The notes under the pieces are model-generated. The model did no database searches. It was not told the origin of the DNA and saw only the letters and a list, made by a program, of their open reading frames with translations. 32,000 bases of DNA from an uncultured Alphaproteobacteria bacterium (GTDB lineage Bacteria; Pseudomonadota; Alphaproteobacteria; UBA3830; JAIRWN01), in the NCBI GenBank assembly GCA_964369315.1, contig CAYJEJ010000002.1:102184-134183 (forward strand), read 5' to 3'. Positions within the stretch are counted from its first letter, which is position 1, and the number at the start of each line of letters is the position of its first letter. Below, one piece after another: positions 1-10,167 of this stretch. The position numbers were made by a program, and so were the translations under genes.

Positions 1-47
1 ATCTATAATGTATTTTTTTTTGATGTACAACACAACAAGGTATATTT

Positions 48-1352
48 GTGAATAAAATCTTTCTTAATGCGGTTTGTATTTTTGCCGTATATTTTGGTTT
101 CAATGTTTCGGATAGCTCAGCAGAGAATACAATTTCTCATCAAAACGGTGTTCATGAGCTCGTCGCTGAGGTTAACAATGAGGCTGTCACCCCTTATGAT
201 ATAGAAACGAAAATTCGGTTGATGGCGTTATCCATGGGAAGGCAATATAGCCTAGATTTTGATAAATCTGTTCGGGAACAGGCCTTAGAGAGTTTGATTG
301 ACGACATCATTAAATTTCAAGAAATTTCACGAGTGCAAAAAATGATTAAGCGTTCTGAGATTATGTCAAACGCAGAGATTGACCGAGCCGTCTCTTCCAT
401 CGCAAAGCGAGCGGGACTGGACGACAAGTCATTTCAACAAATGCTCGAAAAGAACAAAGTTCCTTTTGCTTTTTTCCGCAGACAAATTTATGTGCAAACG
501 GCTTGGAACTCGATGATTAGGAGTATGTTTGGGCAAAACACTGAAGTGTCTGATGATGATGCTATGCGGGAGCAAGATTTAATAAGAAGAGAGCTTGCTG
601 ACAAGATGTATTTGGTCAGTAGAATATATCTGCCCATTGATGATGAAAATGAAAATAAGATTAGGTTGCGTGCACAAAACATAAAAAATCGTATAAACGA
701 AGGGGGAAACTTTGCGATGCTTGCTCAACAGTTTTCTCGCTCATCTGAGTCTTCAAACGGTGGTTGGCTAGGCTGGGTTGTAAAAAGCCGTATGTCCAGT
801 CAGGAAGTCTCTGCCTTGGATGTTTTGCCCGTGGGGAGCACATCTGAGCCTATTAAGGTTGGCAATGCCTATGTGATATTCATGTTGCACGGCAAAAAAT
901 ACGAGGGGGAGAAGAAAATAAATAAAATTAAATTTCAGCGTTTGATTCTGAAGGCTGATGGCGGGCAAATTACCTCGGAAGATGAAGCACGAAATATTTA
1001 TGCTAGAGCACAAGATTTGAGGACAAAAGTAAAAAACCTAGACAAATTAATAGATGTGAGTTCATCAGTTCGTAATGTGAAGCTTGGGGCGGTTGAAAAT
1101 GTTTCTTCTGATGATATCCCGATGCAATTGAACGAAGTGTTATCTAAGATGGAGCCAAAATCTATAAGCGAACCGATGCTCTTTCCTCAGGGGGCGATGA
1201 TGTTTGTCCTTTGGGCAAGAGAGACGAGTATAATGGAACCTCCTTCAATTCAGGAGATTAAAAATATGTTGATGGAAAAGCGTTTGGCAATGATGGCGGA
1301 GCGATATTTCCGAGAACTTAAAAAAACTGCATATATAAAAATTAAAAAGTGA
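48..1352 (+). CDS. surA: SurA-like periplasmic peptidyl-prolyl cis-trans isomerase / OMP chaperone
   Basis: 434 aa; GTG start after AAGG; N-terminal signal-like segment; SurA_N-like start (VNNEAVTPYDIETKIRLM), rotamase motif (FAMLAQQFSRSSESSNGGWLGWV); position directly before rsmA. Confidence 0.88.
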   Translation: MNKIFLNAVCIFAVYFGFNVSDSSAENTISHQNGVHELVAEVNNEAVTPYDIETKIRLMALSMGRQYSLDFDKSVREQALESLIDDIIKFQEISRVQKMIKRSEIMSNAEIDRAVSSIAKRAGLDDKSFQQMLEKNKVPFAFFRRQIYVQTAWNSMIRSMFGQNTEVSDDDAMREQDLIRRELADKMYLVSRIYLPIDDENENKIRLRAQNIKNRINEGGNFAMLAQQFSRSSESSNGGWLGWVVKSRMSSQEVSALDVLPVGSTSEPIKVGNAYVIFMLHGKKYEGEKKINKIKFQRLILKADGGQITSEDEARNIYARAQDLRTKVKNLDKLIDVSSSVRNVKLGAVENVSSDDIPMQLNEVLSKMEPKSISEPMLFPQGAMMFVLWARETSIMEPPSIQEIKNMLMEKRLAMMAERYFRELKKTAYIKIKK

Positions 1353-2182
1353 GCCAAACTTCGTCTACTATCGCCAGTCGGTTAAAAGATGCTGGTCTTT
1401 GGGCAAACAAGACATTGGGGCAGCATTTTTTGTTAAATCCAGCGGTTAATGATGCGATTGTATCTAAGGTCTTGGGTGGACTTGGAAGTCTTAATGTGAT
1501 TGAGGTGGGGGCAGGTCCAGGAGGATTAACAGAGGCGTTTTTTAGTGCTGGTGCCAAAAGTGTGACGGTGGTTGAGAAGGATAAAAGGTTTGTAGAATTT
1601 TTACGTCCACTAGAGCAAAAGCACAAAAACCTTAACCTTATTCAAGGTGATGCTTTACTTTTTGATAGTTTGATTGTTCCGAAGCCTAGGGTGATTATTG
1701 CTAATTTGCCTTACAATATCTCTGTTCCGCTAATATTTAAATGGCTAGAAATTCTTGGAGAATTTTCAAGTATGTATCTTATGTTGCAGCGGGAAGTTGC
1801 TGACAGAATTTGTTCCAAACCTAACGAAAAATCTTATGGTAAGCTGAGTATTCTTGTGCAATATCAGGCTCAGGCAAAACGGGTGATGGATTTGGAGCCA
1901 GCGAGCTTTACCCCACCACCGAAGGTCAAATCATCGATTGTGGAGATTCTCCCTAATAATATGGGGGAGGGTGTTTCATTTAGCGTTATGGAAAGCATAT
2001 CTCGGCAAATGTTTGCTCATAGGCGAAAAAAAGTATATAAAATATTTTCAAATATTTTTGAAAATCACGAGTTGATTATGCAAAAAACAGGCGTCTCTTT
2101 TGATGCTCGTGCTGAGGATATAACCGTTTCACAATTTCGAGATATCGCAAAACTTTATCAAGAACAGGCAGCTGAAAAATAG
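1349..2182 (+). CDS. rsmA: 16S rRNA (adenine1518/1519-N6)-dimethyltransferase RsmA/KsgA
   Basis: KTLGQHFLLNP, VIEVGAGPGGLTEAFF, and catalytic NLPYNIS motifs; GTG start overlaps the surA stop by 4 nt (GTGA). Confidence 0.95.
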   Translation: MSQTSSTIASRLKDAGLWANKTLGQHFLLNPAVNDAIVSKVLGGLGSLNVIEVGAGPGGLTEAFFSAGAKSVTVVEKDKRFVEFLRPLEQKHKNLNLIQGDALLFDSLIVPKPRVIIANLPYNISVPLIFKWLEILGEFSSMYLMLQREVADRICSKPNEKSYGKLSILVQYQAQAKRVMDLEPASFTPPPKVKSSIVEILPNNMGEGVSFSVMESISRQMFAHRRKKVYKIFSNIFENHELIMQKTGVSFDARAEDITVSQFRDIAKLYQEQAAEK

Positions 2183-2340
2183 GCTGTGTTAGGTTTTTTT
2201 CTCAAATTTTTTCAATTATTCTGCGTCAATTAATCATCAAAATTTTCTAATAATAAATTGATTTTTTGATAATTAATATGTTACCTTGTTCTGATTTTTG
2301 GTTTTATAGTTCGACCCGCTATTTTAAGGAATATCTACTT

Positions 2341-3738
2341 ATGCCGACCGATATAGAAATGAAAAAAGATATCAAAAAAACACAAAAGCAGCCTGAACAA
2401 AAGGTTTTGTTCGACAGCAACAGTGCTGAGTTGCGTCCCAAAATAACCGTTTTTGGAATCGGTGGAGCTGGCGGTAATGCTGTTAACAACATGATTCGCT
2501 CTAAACTAGAGGGGGTGGAGTTTGTCGTTGCCAACACAGATTCGCAGTCTTTATCTAATTCCTTGGCTGAAACAAAAATCCAACTGGGGCTGAATATGAC
2601 CCAAGGTTTGGGTGCGGGCTCGAGACCAGATGTTGGAAAAGCTTCGGCAGAAGAGGCTGAGAACGAGATTATGGATTGTTTGAGCGGCAGTAATATGGTT
2701 TTTATCACTGCTGGCATGGGTGGGGGCACTGGAACTGGTGCAGGACCTGTCATCGCTCGTATGGCGAAAGACCAAGGGATATTAACTATTGGTGTGGTTA
2801 CAAAACCTTTCCACTTTGAGGGCATTCACAGAATGCGTACCGCAGAAAAAGGTATTGACGAGTTGCAACAGTTCGTCGACACCCTTTTAATAATCCCGAA
2901 TCAAAATTTGTTTAGAGTCGCCAATGATAGGACGACATTTGCCGATGCATTCAAAATGGCAGATGACGTTTTGTATTCTGGTGTGAGAGGTGTGACGGAC
3001 TTAATGGTTATGCCAGGGCTAATAAACCTAGATTTTGCCGACATCCGCACAGTTATGAGTGAAATGGGCAAAGCCATGATGGGAACTGGTGACGCGGAAG
3101 GTGAAAGAAGGGCTCTTGACGCCGCTGAAGCTGCAATATCAAATCCTCTGCTTGATGATGTGTCGATGAAGGGGGCTCGTGGAGTTTTGATTAATATCAC
3201 TGGCGGATATGACATGACGCTTTATGAAGTTGATGAAGCGGCAAACCGTATCAGGGAAGAGGTCGATTCAGAGGCGAATATAATTTTTGGTTCAACCTTT
3301 GATGAGGCTATGCACGGCAGTATGCGTGTTTCGGTCGTTGCAACGGGTATCGATGTTGATGACATGCACAGTCACAAACGGATTTTGCAGGCAAGGTCTA
3401 ACGCAGATAATGCGAGCTTTACTGACTCTTCAGGAACAGATGATGAACCTGTTAAGAATGACGAGGACGTGAAGGCTATAGATTCACAGATTAAACAATT
3501 TGACCGTCAAGTTGAAGATTACTCTGATAGTGATAGGCACAATGATGAAATTGAAACAGGGCATCATAAGTCGTTTTTGGAAAGGCTTGGTTTTGGTCGG
3601 AATAAAAAAACCTCAAAAGTCACCACTCCAACAAAGTCATCAAATGATAAACCTGAACCGATTAACCAAGGTGTTGCGAAACCTTTTGGTGATGAGGTCG
3701 ATGAAGTTGATATTCCTGCCTTTTTACGAAGAAAATAG
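2341..3738 (+). CDS. ftsZ: Cell division protein FtsZ
   Basis: [30 protein letters not shown] tubulin signature, C-terminal peptide [15 protein letters not shown] at 2341 after AAGGAAT is preferred to the longer ORF start at 2266. Confidence 0.97.
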   Translation: MPTDIEMKKDIKKTQKQPEQKVLFDSNSAELRPKITVFGIGGAGGNAVNNMIRSKLEGVEFVVANTDSQSLSNSLAETKIQLGLNMTQGLGAGSRPDVGKASAEEAENEIMDCLSGSNMVFITAGMGGGTGTGAGPVIARMAKDQGILTIGVVTKPFHFEGIHRMRTAEKGIDELQQFVDTLLIIPNQNLFRVANDRTTFADAFKMADDVLYSGVRGVTDLMVMPGLINLDFADIRTVMSEMGKAMMGTGDAEGERRALDAAEAAISNPLLDDVSMKGARGVLINITGGYDMTLYEVDEAANRIREEVDSEANIIFGSTFDEAMHGSMRVSVVATGIDVDDMHSHKRILQARSNADNASFTDSSGTDDEPVKNDEDVKAIDSQIKQFDRQVEDYSDSDRHNDEIETGHHKSFLERLGFGRNKKTSKVTTPTKSSNDKPEPINQGVAKPFGDEVDEVDIPAFLRRK

Positions 3739-3771
3739 CTTTAACGTTTTGTTCTGATTGTTGTTTGGAGT

Positions 3772-5799
3772 TTGGTGTTGGATAAAATTAGTAAAAACTT
3801 GGTTTTTTGGTTTGTATTGGCTATATCTCTTGCGACGTTGTTTAGCTTATTTGAAGATAAGAAACAAAAAACCGAGAATGTCGCATACAGCGATTTTTTG
3901 CACGGCGTTGAAAATGATAGGGTTAGTAGCGTTGATATAAAAGGGCAGAACGTCCTTATTGTTAATCGTGATAAAACCGTTTCTAGAACCTATGTTCCAT
4001 TTGACCCAGATTTAATCAAAAAGCTATCTCAGAAAAACATTAGAATAAATGTTGTCCCTAGGGATGACGACCAATCATCTTTTTTGCACTTGTTCCTAAA
4101 TTGTTTGCCGATGCTACTTTTGATAGGCGGTTGGATGTTTTTATGGCGTCAGATGCAATCTGGTGGAAACAAGGCAATGGGTTTTGGCAAGTCTAAGGCA
4201 AAAATGCTTGGCGAAAAGGTTGTGAAAGTTCGTTTTGAAGATGTTGCTGGTATAGACGAGGCGAAAGATGAACTTGGTGAGGTTGTCGACTTTTTAAAAG
4301 ATCAAAAAAAGTTTCAACGCCTTGGCGGGAAGATACCCAGAGGGGTGTTGTTGGTCGGGCCTCCTGGTACGGGGAAAACTCTTTTGGCACGGGCAATCGC
4401 TGGTGAGGCGGGGGTTCCTTTTTTTAGTATATCAGGCTCAGAGTTTGTTGAGATGTTTGTTGGCGTTGGTGCCAGCCGTGTTCGAGATATGTTCGAGCAG
4501 GGCAAAAAAAACGCTCCTTGTATAATATTCGTTGATGAAATTGATGCTGTTGGACGCCATAGAGGGTTTGGTTTGGGCGGAGGAAATGATGAAAGGGAGC
4601 AAACTTTAAACCAACTTTTGGTTGAGATGGACGGGTTTGAGGCCAATGCAGGTGTCATTATAATTGCTGCAACCAATCGCCCAGATGTTCTTGACCCAGC
4701 CTTACTAAGACCAGGAAGGTTTGACCGTCAGGTCATTGTCAGCAACCCAGACTTAAATGGGCGTGAACGTATTTTGCAAGTTCACTCTAAGAAGGTTCCG
4801 CTTGCAGAAGATGTCGATTTGATGGTTATAGCGAGGGGCACCCCTGGGTTTTCAGGTGCAGATTTAGCCAATTTGGTTAATGAGGCGGCCTTGCTGGCGG
4901 CTAGAAATGGCAAGCGTGTTGTTGGGATGTCTGAGTTTGAGTCGGCTAAAGACAAGGTCTTGATGGGCTCTGAAAGGCGTTCTATGGTGATGAGCGAAGA
5001 GGAAAAAAAACTTACGGCATTTCATGAGGCTGGGCACGCTACAATCGCCTTAAATATGAAAGATTCTGACCCAATACATAAGGCAACCATTATTCCAAGA
5101 GGTAGGGCACTGGGGATGGTGATGCGTTTGCCCGAGGGGGATAGGGTTTCTGTCTCTCGCGATAAGTTAGAGGCTGACCTCTGTGTCGCTATGGGTGGGC
5201 GAATCGCTGAGGAAATAATTTTTGGTCATGGAAAAATAACTACAGGTGCTTCTTCGGATATAAAACAGGCAACTGATATAGTAAGAAAGATGGTGATAGA
5301 GTGGGGGATGGCGGACAAACTCGGGTTTTTATCATACTCTGAGTCTTCTCAAGACGTGTTTTTAGGGCATTCTGCCCCGAATCCTCGCCAAATTTCAGAA
5401 ACAACTGCTCAGAAAATAGATGAAGAGGTCAGGGCAATCGTTGATAGGCTCTATAAGAAATCATTTGATTTATTAAGTAACAAAATTGACCAACTTAATA
5501 GGATAGCCTCTGGTCTAATTCAATATGAAACGCTTAGCGGTGAAGAAATTCAGCTTTTGAGCGAAGGAAAAGAGATTATCAGAAAGGTTCCAACCAAAGG
5601 AAAAAATAAAAAATCAAATGTGAGCTCGAATGATGACGGGCTTTTAGAATTTGGTAAATCGCCCGAAAAAACAAAAAAGAGAAAAACCAGCAAAAAAGAA
5701 GATGTTGAACCGTCATTAACTGATGTAAAAAATATCAATGACAAAGATAAAAAATCGACCAATTCGGGGCGAAAAAAATCAACCAATAAAAATGATTAA
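3772..5799 (+). CDS. ftsH: ATP-dependent zinc metalloprotease FtsH
   Basis: N-terminal TM segments, Walker A GPPGTGKT, Walker [22 protein letters not shown] zinc motif; Lys/Ser/Asn-rich C-terminal tail; TTG start. Confidence 0.97.
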   Translation: MVLDKISKNLVFWFVLAISLATLFSLFEDKKQKTENVAYSDFLHGVENDRVSSVDIKGQNVLIVNRDKTVSRTYVPFDPDLIKKLSQKNIRINVVPRDDDQSSFLHLFLNCLPMLLLIGGWMFLWRQMQSGGNKAMGFGKSKAKMLGEKVVKVRFEDVAGIDEAKDELGEVVDFLKDQKKFQRLGGKIPRGVLLVGPPGTGKTLLARAIAGEAGVPFFSISGSEFVEMFVGVGASRVRDMFEQGKKNAPCIIFVDEIDAVGRHRGFGLGGGNDEREQTLNQLLVEMDGFEANAGVIIIAATNRPDVLDPALLRPGRFDRQVIVSNPDLNGRERILQVHSKKVPLAEDVDLMVIARGTPGFSGADLANLVNEAALLAARNGKRVVGMSEFESAKDKVLMGSERRSMVMSEEEKKLTAFHEAGHATIALNMKDSDPIHKATIIPRGRALGMVMRLPEGDRVSVSRDKLEADLCVAMGGRIAEEIIFGHGKITTGASSDIKQATDIVRKMVIEWGMADKLGFLSYSESSQDVFLGHSAPNPRQISETTAQKIDEEVRAIVDRLYKKSFDLLSNKIDQLNRIASGLIQYETLSGEEIQLLSEGKEIIRKVPTKGKNKKSNVSSNDDGLLEFGKSPEKTKKRKTSKKEDVEPSLTDVKNINDKDKKSTNSGRKKSTNKND

Positions 5800-5967
5800 A
5801 ATAGGCTGACCACATTAAACCCTTGTGTTGAGCTGTGTTTTTAAGTAATAAAAAACATTCTTTATTTGATTGTTTAAGTGTTAATATTTATCTATACTGT
5901 AGGTAGGCGGTTTTTGTTGAAAACTGTTTGGTGTGTTTGTTAATATATTTTAATTTAGAGGCGAATT

Positions 5968-7350
5968 TTGGCAATTTTTGGCACTGATGGTATTAGGAAG
6001 CGGTTTAGTGAATGGCCAATTTGTGTTGAGGGGTGTTTTTGTATCGCAAAGTCTTTGGTCGAGTCTAGGGCTTTGGGTGATTTGAAAACAGTCCTTATCG
6101 CAAGAGATACCCGCGGGACATCCGTTGACCTTGAACGAGGACTTGAGACAGCTCTTTCTAATTATAAAATCAAAGTGACCTTAGCTGGAATTATGCCGAC
6201 ACCAGCGTTATCTGTCTTAACGAGTAAAGGCGGTTTTTCTTGTGGAATTTCTGTCACCGCGTCGCATAACCCATATACTGACAACGGTCTGAAAATTTTT
6301 AACGCGAATGGCGAGAAACTGGAAGAACATCAGGCTCAATCAATTGAAGCCTCTTTCCTTCAATACAGTGATAGTTTTGAAGATACTTATAAAGCGATGA
6401 ATCCTTTTAAGGAAAATATTTTTCGCCTTGGTTATGAGTTTAGATATAACGACCTTGAAGCCTTGTTTTATAATGACTATAAAGAGTCGCTATTGAGGTC
6501 ATTTCCCAAAAATTTTTCATTATTAGGGTCGAAGATTGCAATTGATTGTGCAAATGGTGCGAATTATTATATTGTGCCAAAGTTGTTTACTGAACTTGGT
6601 GCTAAGGTCAAGGTTGTTGGGAACAAACCAGATGGTAAAAATATTAATCATAAGGTTGGTGCCACTTGCCCAGAGTCTATAAGAAATTTGGTGTTCAGAA
6701 GTGGTGCGGATTTAGGCATTTCTTTTGATGGAGATGGAGATAGGCTTATCATGTGTGATGAGCTGGGTAACATTATCGACGGGGATGTTATACTTGCGGT
6801 ATTAGCCAAATACCTCCACAACAAGGGGCAGCTCGCCAATAATTGTGTTGTGTCGACTATTATGTCAAATTTGGGTTTAGATGATTATTTATCAAGCCTT
6901 GGAATAAAGCTGTTTCGCAGTAATGTTGGCGATAAGCTTGTCTATGACATGATGAAAGAAAAGGGGGCTGTACTTGGTGGGGAGAAGTCTGGTCACGTAA
7001 TATTAAAAGATTTTTCCGCAACGGGCGATGGTTTATTTGTTGCCTTAACCATGATTCGGGTTTTGATGGAGACAGGTCAGGCTCCTAGTGATGCATTTAA
7101 CATTTTCAAGCCATACCCACAGGTATTGAGGAATTTTCCAGTCGATAAGTCCTTGCTTGAGGATGAGAAAGTTAAGAAGTTTTTCCATGACATTAACAAC
7201 AAAATTAACCTTGATGGAGGTCGTTTGATTGTTCGTCCGTCTGGCACTGAACCCATGATTAGGGTGATGGTTGAGCATGCTGACGCTGATTTTGTTCATA
7301 ATCAACTCGAAAATATTGAAGATTTTTTGACAAATATTTTAGGCTATTAA
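5968..7350 (+). CDS. glmM: Phosphoglucosamine mutase GlmM
   Basis: IFGTDGIRKR, phosphoserine loop GISVTASHNPYTDNGLKIF, DGDGDR metal loop, RPSGTEPMIRVM; TTG start. Confidence 0.96.
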   Translation: MAIFGTDGIRKRFSEWPICVEGCFCIAKSLVESRALGDLKTVLIARDTRGTSVDLERGLETALSNYKIKVTLAGIMPTPALSVLTSKGGFSCGISVTASHNPYTDNGLKIFNANGEKLEEHQAQSIEASFLQYSDSFEDTYKAMNPFKENIFRLGYEFRYNDLEALFYNDYKESLLRSFPKNFSLLGSKIAIDCANGANYYIVPKLFTELGAKVKVVGNKPDGKNINHKVGATCPESIRNLVFRSGADLGISFDGDGDRLIMCDELGNIIDGDVILAVLAKYLHNKGQLANNCVVSTIMSNLGLDDYLSSLGIKLFRSNVGDKLVYDMMKEKGAVLGGEKSGHVILKDFSATGDGLFVALTMIRVLMETGQAPSDAFNIFKPYPQVLRNFPVDKSLLEDEKVKKFFHDINNKINLDGGRLIVRPSGTEPMIRVMVEHADADFVHNQLENIEDFLTNILGY

Positions 7351-7521
7351 GTTTTTAAACTTGTTTTTATTTATTTTCTTCAGTTATTTGGTATTAAGGC
7401 TATTTTTGTATTGAAAAATCAATAATGCGGTTACATATGCTTACGCACAGATAAAATTATTGTGTTCCTATAAAGTAATGAAAAACGTATTTCTTAACAC
7501 CTGTTGCGAAGATTTCCTATA

Positions 7522-7540
7522 CCTAATGTTTAACATTAGG
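7522..7540. repeat. Perfect short inverted repeat CCTAATGTT-T-AACATTAGG
   Basis: 9-nt complementary arms around one centre base, between glmM and the 190-aa orphan. Confidence 0.6.
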
Positions 7541-7573
7541 AAGAATAAAATCTATTTGTGAATAAAATAAAAA

Positions 7574-7596
7574 TAGCCCTAATTTAATTAGGGCTA
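7574..7596 (-). terminator. Rho-independent terminator of the 190-aa gene on the - strand
   Basis: TAGCCCTAATT-T-AATTAGGGCTA, 11-nt arms, followed on the - strand by TTTTTATTTTATT; lies just past the stop of ORF 7615-8187. Confidence 0.75.
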
Positions 7597-7614
7597 CTTT
7601 ATGAAGATTAAATT

Positions 7615-8187
7615 TTAATGTTGTTGCGGTACAAGTGCATTAACATCAAGCCCAGCTACTTTGCAGGCTAATGCATAGAATGACAATTTGTTCCTGTAAT
7701 AATCATACCTTGCCTCGTTTTTATTGTATGCATGTTCTGTTAATGGAGCGTAAAGAATAGTCAATTCTCCGACTAATTGGTCGCTTGCATTTAAATCTCT
7801 ACCGTTGAATAAAAGTTTTAATTTGGAGGGTATAAAACCGTTTTTCATGATTGCTTCTCCAGCAGAATTTTCTTCGACTGAAAAATAGAGTAACTCAGCT
7901 TGATTTTTTAGGAAATTTTGAAAACTTTGCTCTAATAAACCTAAGTTCTCTTTACCAAAGATTTTTTCTTCCGTGTCTTTAACTAAGTCTTCCTTTGTTT
8001 TACCAAATCTAGACTTTTTTTCTTGATCTGATAACAACTTCAATTTTTCTATAAAGTCACCAGACAATACCTTAATGCCGTTATTTAGCTTTTCGGTCTC
8101 TATTGGTTGTGATAGAACAGGGTCTGGATTATATCCATAAGACAAAGAGGAAACTAACAAAGCAGATGCTAATAATATTTTTTTCAT
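7615..8187 (-). CDS. Uncharacterised exported protein (190 aa)
   Basis: Signal peptide-like N-terminus MKKILLASALLVSSLSYGYN; own promoter-like and terminator elements; no family recognised. Confidence 0.7.
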   Translation of the reverse strand: MKKILLASALLVSSLSYGYNPDPVLSQPIETEKLNNGIKVLSGDFIEKLKLLSDQEKKSRFGKTKEDLVKDTEEKIFGKENLGLLEQSFQNFLKNQAELLYFSVEENSAGEAIMKNGFIPSKLKLLFNGRDLNASDQLVGELTILYAPLTEHAYNKNEARYDYYRNKLSFYALACKVAGLDVNALVPQQH

Positions 8188-8222
8188 AAATAAATTCCTT
8201 AATAATAAACAATAGCCTATAA

Positions 8223-8251
8223 ATTATAGGTTAAGAAAAAATTTGACACAA
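8223..8251 (-). promoter_or_regulatory. Candidate sigma70-type promoter for the 190-aa exported protein
   Basis: - strand -35 TTGTGT (8246-8251), 17-nt spacer, -10 TATAAT (8223-8228); -10 lies inside palindrome CCTATAA-A-TTATAGG (8216-8230). Confidence 0.5.
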
Positions 8252-8515
8252 AATGATAACTTTGTCAATAATATTTTTTATTTAACAATTGTTTCAGCAG
8301 GATAAATTAAAAAACAAATAAGTAATGTAGTGTTGGTATTGATAATAATAGGTATGGAATGCATGTTTTTATTTTCCAGCAAGATATAAAAAACATAGCA
8401 TTCCGCTAGTGCTATATTAATAATTTATTTATTGTTGACTATTATATATATGTTGTTCAGCAATATTGCATATTGGTCGCTAGAAAAAAAATGTTTTTGT
8501 AGGAGGGGTTATAAA

Positions 8516-9523
8516 ATGTCAAAGAGAATCGCGATTAATGGTTTCGGGCGGATAGGTCGTCTTTTGTTAAGAGCTTTGACGAGTAATGAAAGTAACATAG
8601 AGATAATCGCAATCAACGATTTGGCTAAATCAGAGATGGACTGTTACCTCTTAAAATATGACTCAGTGCATGGTCGATTTGAAAAAGATATAAATTTAAT
8701 CGGTGATGAGCTGGTTATAGACAACCAAAAACCAATAAAACTTTTAAATGTTATCTCTCCGGAAGACCTGCCTTGGCAGGAGATGGGGGTCGATGTTGTG
8801 ATGGAATGTTCTGGTTGTTTTATCACAAAGGATAAGGCGGTTCAGCATATTGAATCTGGTGCTAAAAAGGTGTTGGTTTCAGCTCCGTGTAGTGGGGCGG
8901 ATGTAACGGTTGTTTATGGCGTTAATCAAGACAAGCTTAACGAACATCATAGGGTTATCTCTGCTGCGTCTTGCACGACAAACTGCTTTGCACCGATTGT
9001 TAAGGTTCTAAACGAAAACATAGGAATTAACTGTGGTCACATGACAACAATACACTCTTATACGAGCGACCAAAACATTATAGATACAGCCCATAAGCAA
9101 GATATGAGGCGTGCACGTGCTGCGGGTGTGAATATCATACCGACATCAACTGGGGCTGCTAAGGCAATTGATTTAGTCCTTCCAGAGATGGCAGGCAAAT
9201 TAAAAGCCTCGTCACTTAGGGTGCCGACACCGAATGTTTCTTTAATAGACTTTTCTTTCCTTGCGAACAAAAAGACTTCTGTCGAAGAGATTAATCATGC
9301 CTTAAAAATAGCTGCTAGCTCAGAAGAAATGAAGGGGGTCTTGGGCTTTTCAGAAGACCAGATAGTATCTATTGATTGTAATCATACAACGTTTAGTGCT
9401 ATATTCGATTCGACCGAAACAAGGGTTGTGGACGGAAAGTTTTGTCGAGTGATGGCTTGGTATGACAACGAGTGGGCGTTTGTTCATCGGATGATAGATG
9501 TTTTGAATTGTATTGTTGTTTAG
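8516..9523 (+). CDS. gap: Type I glyceraldehyde-3-phosphate dehydrogenase
   Basis: INGFGRIGRLLLRAL, catalytic SAASCTTNC, VPTPNVSLIDF, WYDNEWAF; ATG at 8516 after AGGAGG is preferred to the ORF start at 8432. Confidence 0.94.
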   Translation: MSKRIAINGFGRIGRLLLRALTSNESNIEIIAINDLAKSEMDCYLLKYDSVHGRFEKDINLIGDELVIDNQKPIKLLNVISPEDLPWQEMGVDVVMECSGCFITKDKAVQHIESGAKKVLVSAPCSGADVTVVYGVNQDKLNEHHRVISAASCTTNCFAPIVKVLNENIGINCGHMTTIHSYTSDQNIIDTAHKQDMRRARAAGVNIIPTSTGAAKAIDLVLPEMAGKLKASSLRVPTPNVSLIDFSFLANKKTSVEEINHALKIAASSEEMKGVLGFSEDQIVSIDCNHTTFSAIFDSTETRVVDGKFCRVMAWYDNEWAFVHRMIDVLNCIVV

Positions 9524-9540
9524 TTTATTAATTCAAATTG

Positions 9541-10167
9541 ATGGATATTAAGGTAGAAGAGGGTTTAATCTTTTCTAAAGAATGTAAGTTTGTAGTTGGT
9601 GCAAATAATTTTTCTGCCATACCGCAGGGGGTGGGTGATTTTCCTGAATTTGCTTTTGTGGGGCGTTCGAACGTTGGTAAGTCGACGTTAATTAATGCAT
9701 TGGTTAACAGACGCGGTCTTGCCAGAACATCCAACACCCCTGGAAGAACCCAACAGATAAACATTTTTTTATTAGCGGATGTTCTATATTTAGCTGACCT
9801 ACCAGGATATGGTTATGCGGGGGTTTCCAAGGCTATGAGAAAGAGCTGGGGCAGTTTAATCTCGAGTTATTTAAAAACAAGATATGGATTAAAAAGAGTG
9901 TTCTTGCTCGTTGACTCGCGTAGAGGAATCATGCAAAAAGATGAAGAAATGATGGAGATGCTCTGTTTTTATGGGGTGGTTTTTCAAATAATTTTAACTA
10001 AAATAGATAAACTAAATAAAGCTGAGTTAGAAGCGGTTGAAAAAGATACATACGAAAAAGCAAATCATTTTCCCGCGATGTATCCAGAAATAATTTGCGT
10101 TAGTGCCGATAAAAAAATAGGCATTAATAAGTTAAGAAATCAAATAGAAGGATTTGTCTTTAAATGA
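9541..10167 (+). CDS. engB: Ribosome biogenesis GTP-binding protein EngB/YsxC
   Basis: FVGRSNVGKSTLINALVNR (G1), TPGRTQQINIF, DLPGYGYAGVSK (G3), LTKIDK (G4). Confidence 0.94.
   Translation: MDIKVEEGLIFSKECKFVVGANNFSAIPQGVGDFPEFAFVGRSNVGKSTLINALVNRRGLARTSNTPGRTQQINIFLLADVLYLADLPGYGYAGVSKAMRKSWGSLISSYLKTRYGLKRVFLLVDSRRGIMQKDEEMMEMLCFYGVVFQIILTKIDKLNKAELEAVEKDTYEKANHFPAMYPEIICVSADKKIGINKLRNQIEGFVFK

Noticed and set aside
2215-2290. Near-palindromic AT-rich TCAATTAATCATCAAAA ... TTTTTTGATAATTAAT upstream of ftsZ
   Set aside because: Imperfect and in very AT-rich sequence where such matches arise by chance; could be a weak terminator of rsmA but not reported as a feature.
2319-2825. 168-aa ORF on the - strand within ftsZ
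   Set aside because: Fully antisense to a confidently identified ftsZ; the protein is low-complexity Pro/Ser/Ala as expected from a shadow frame.
2901-3215. 104-aa - strand ORF in ftsZ
   Set aside because: Antisense shadow of FtsZ; no independent support.
4314-4676. 120-aa - strand ORF (and 4193-4396, 4322-4525)
   Set aside because: Shadow frames of the conserved FtsH AAA domain; no start/RBS or domain evidence.
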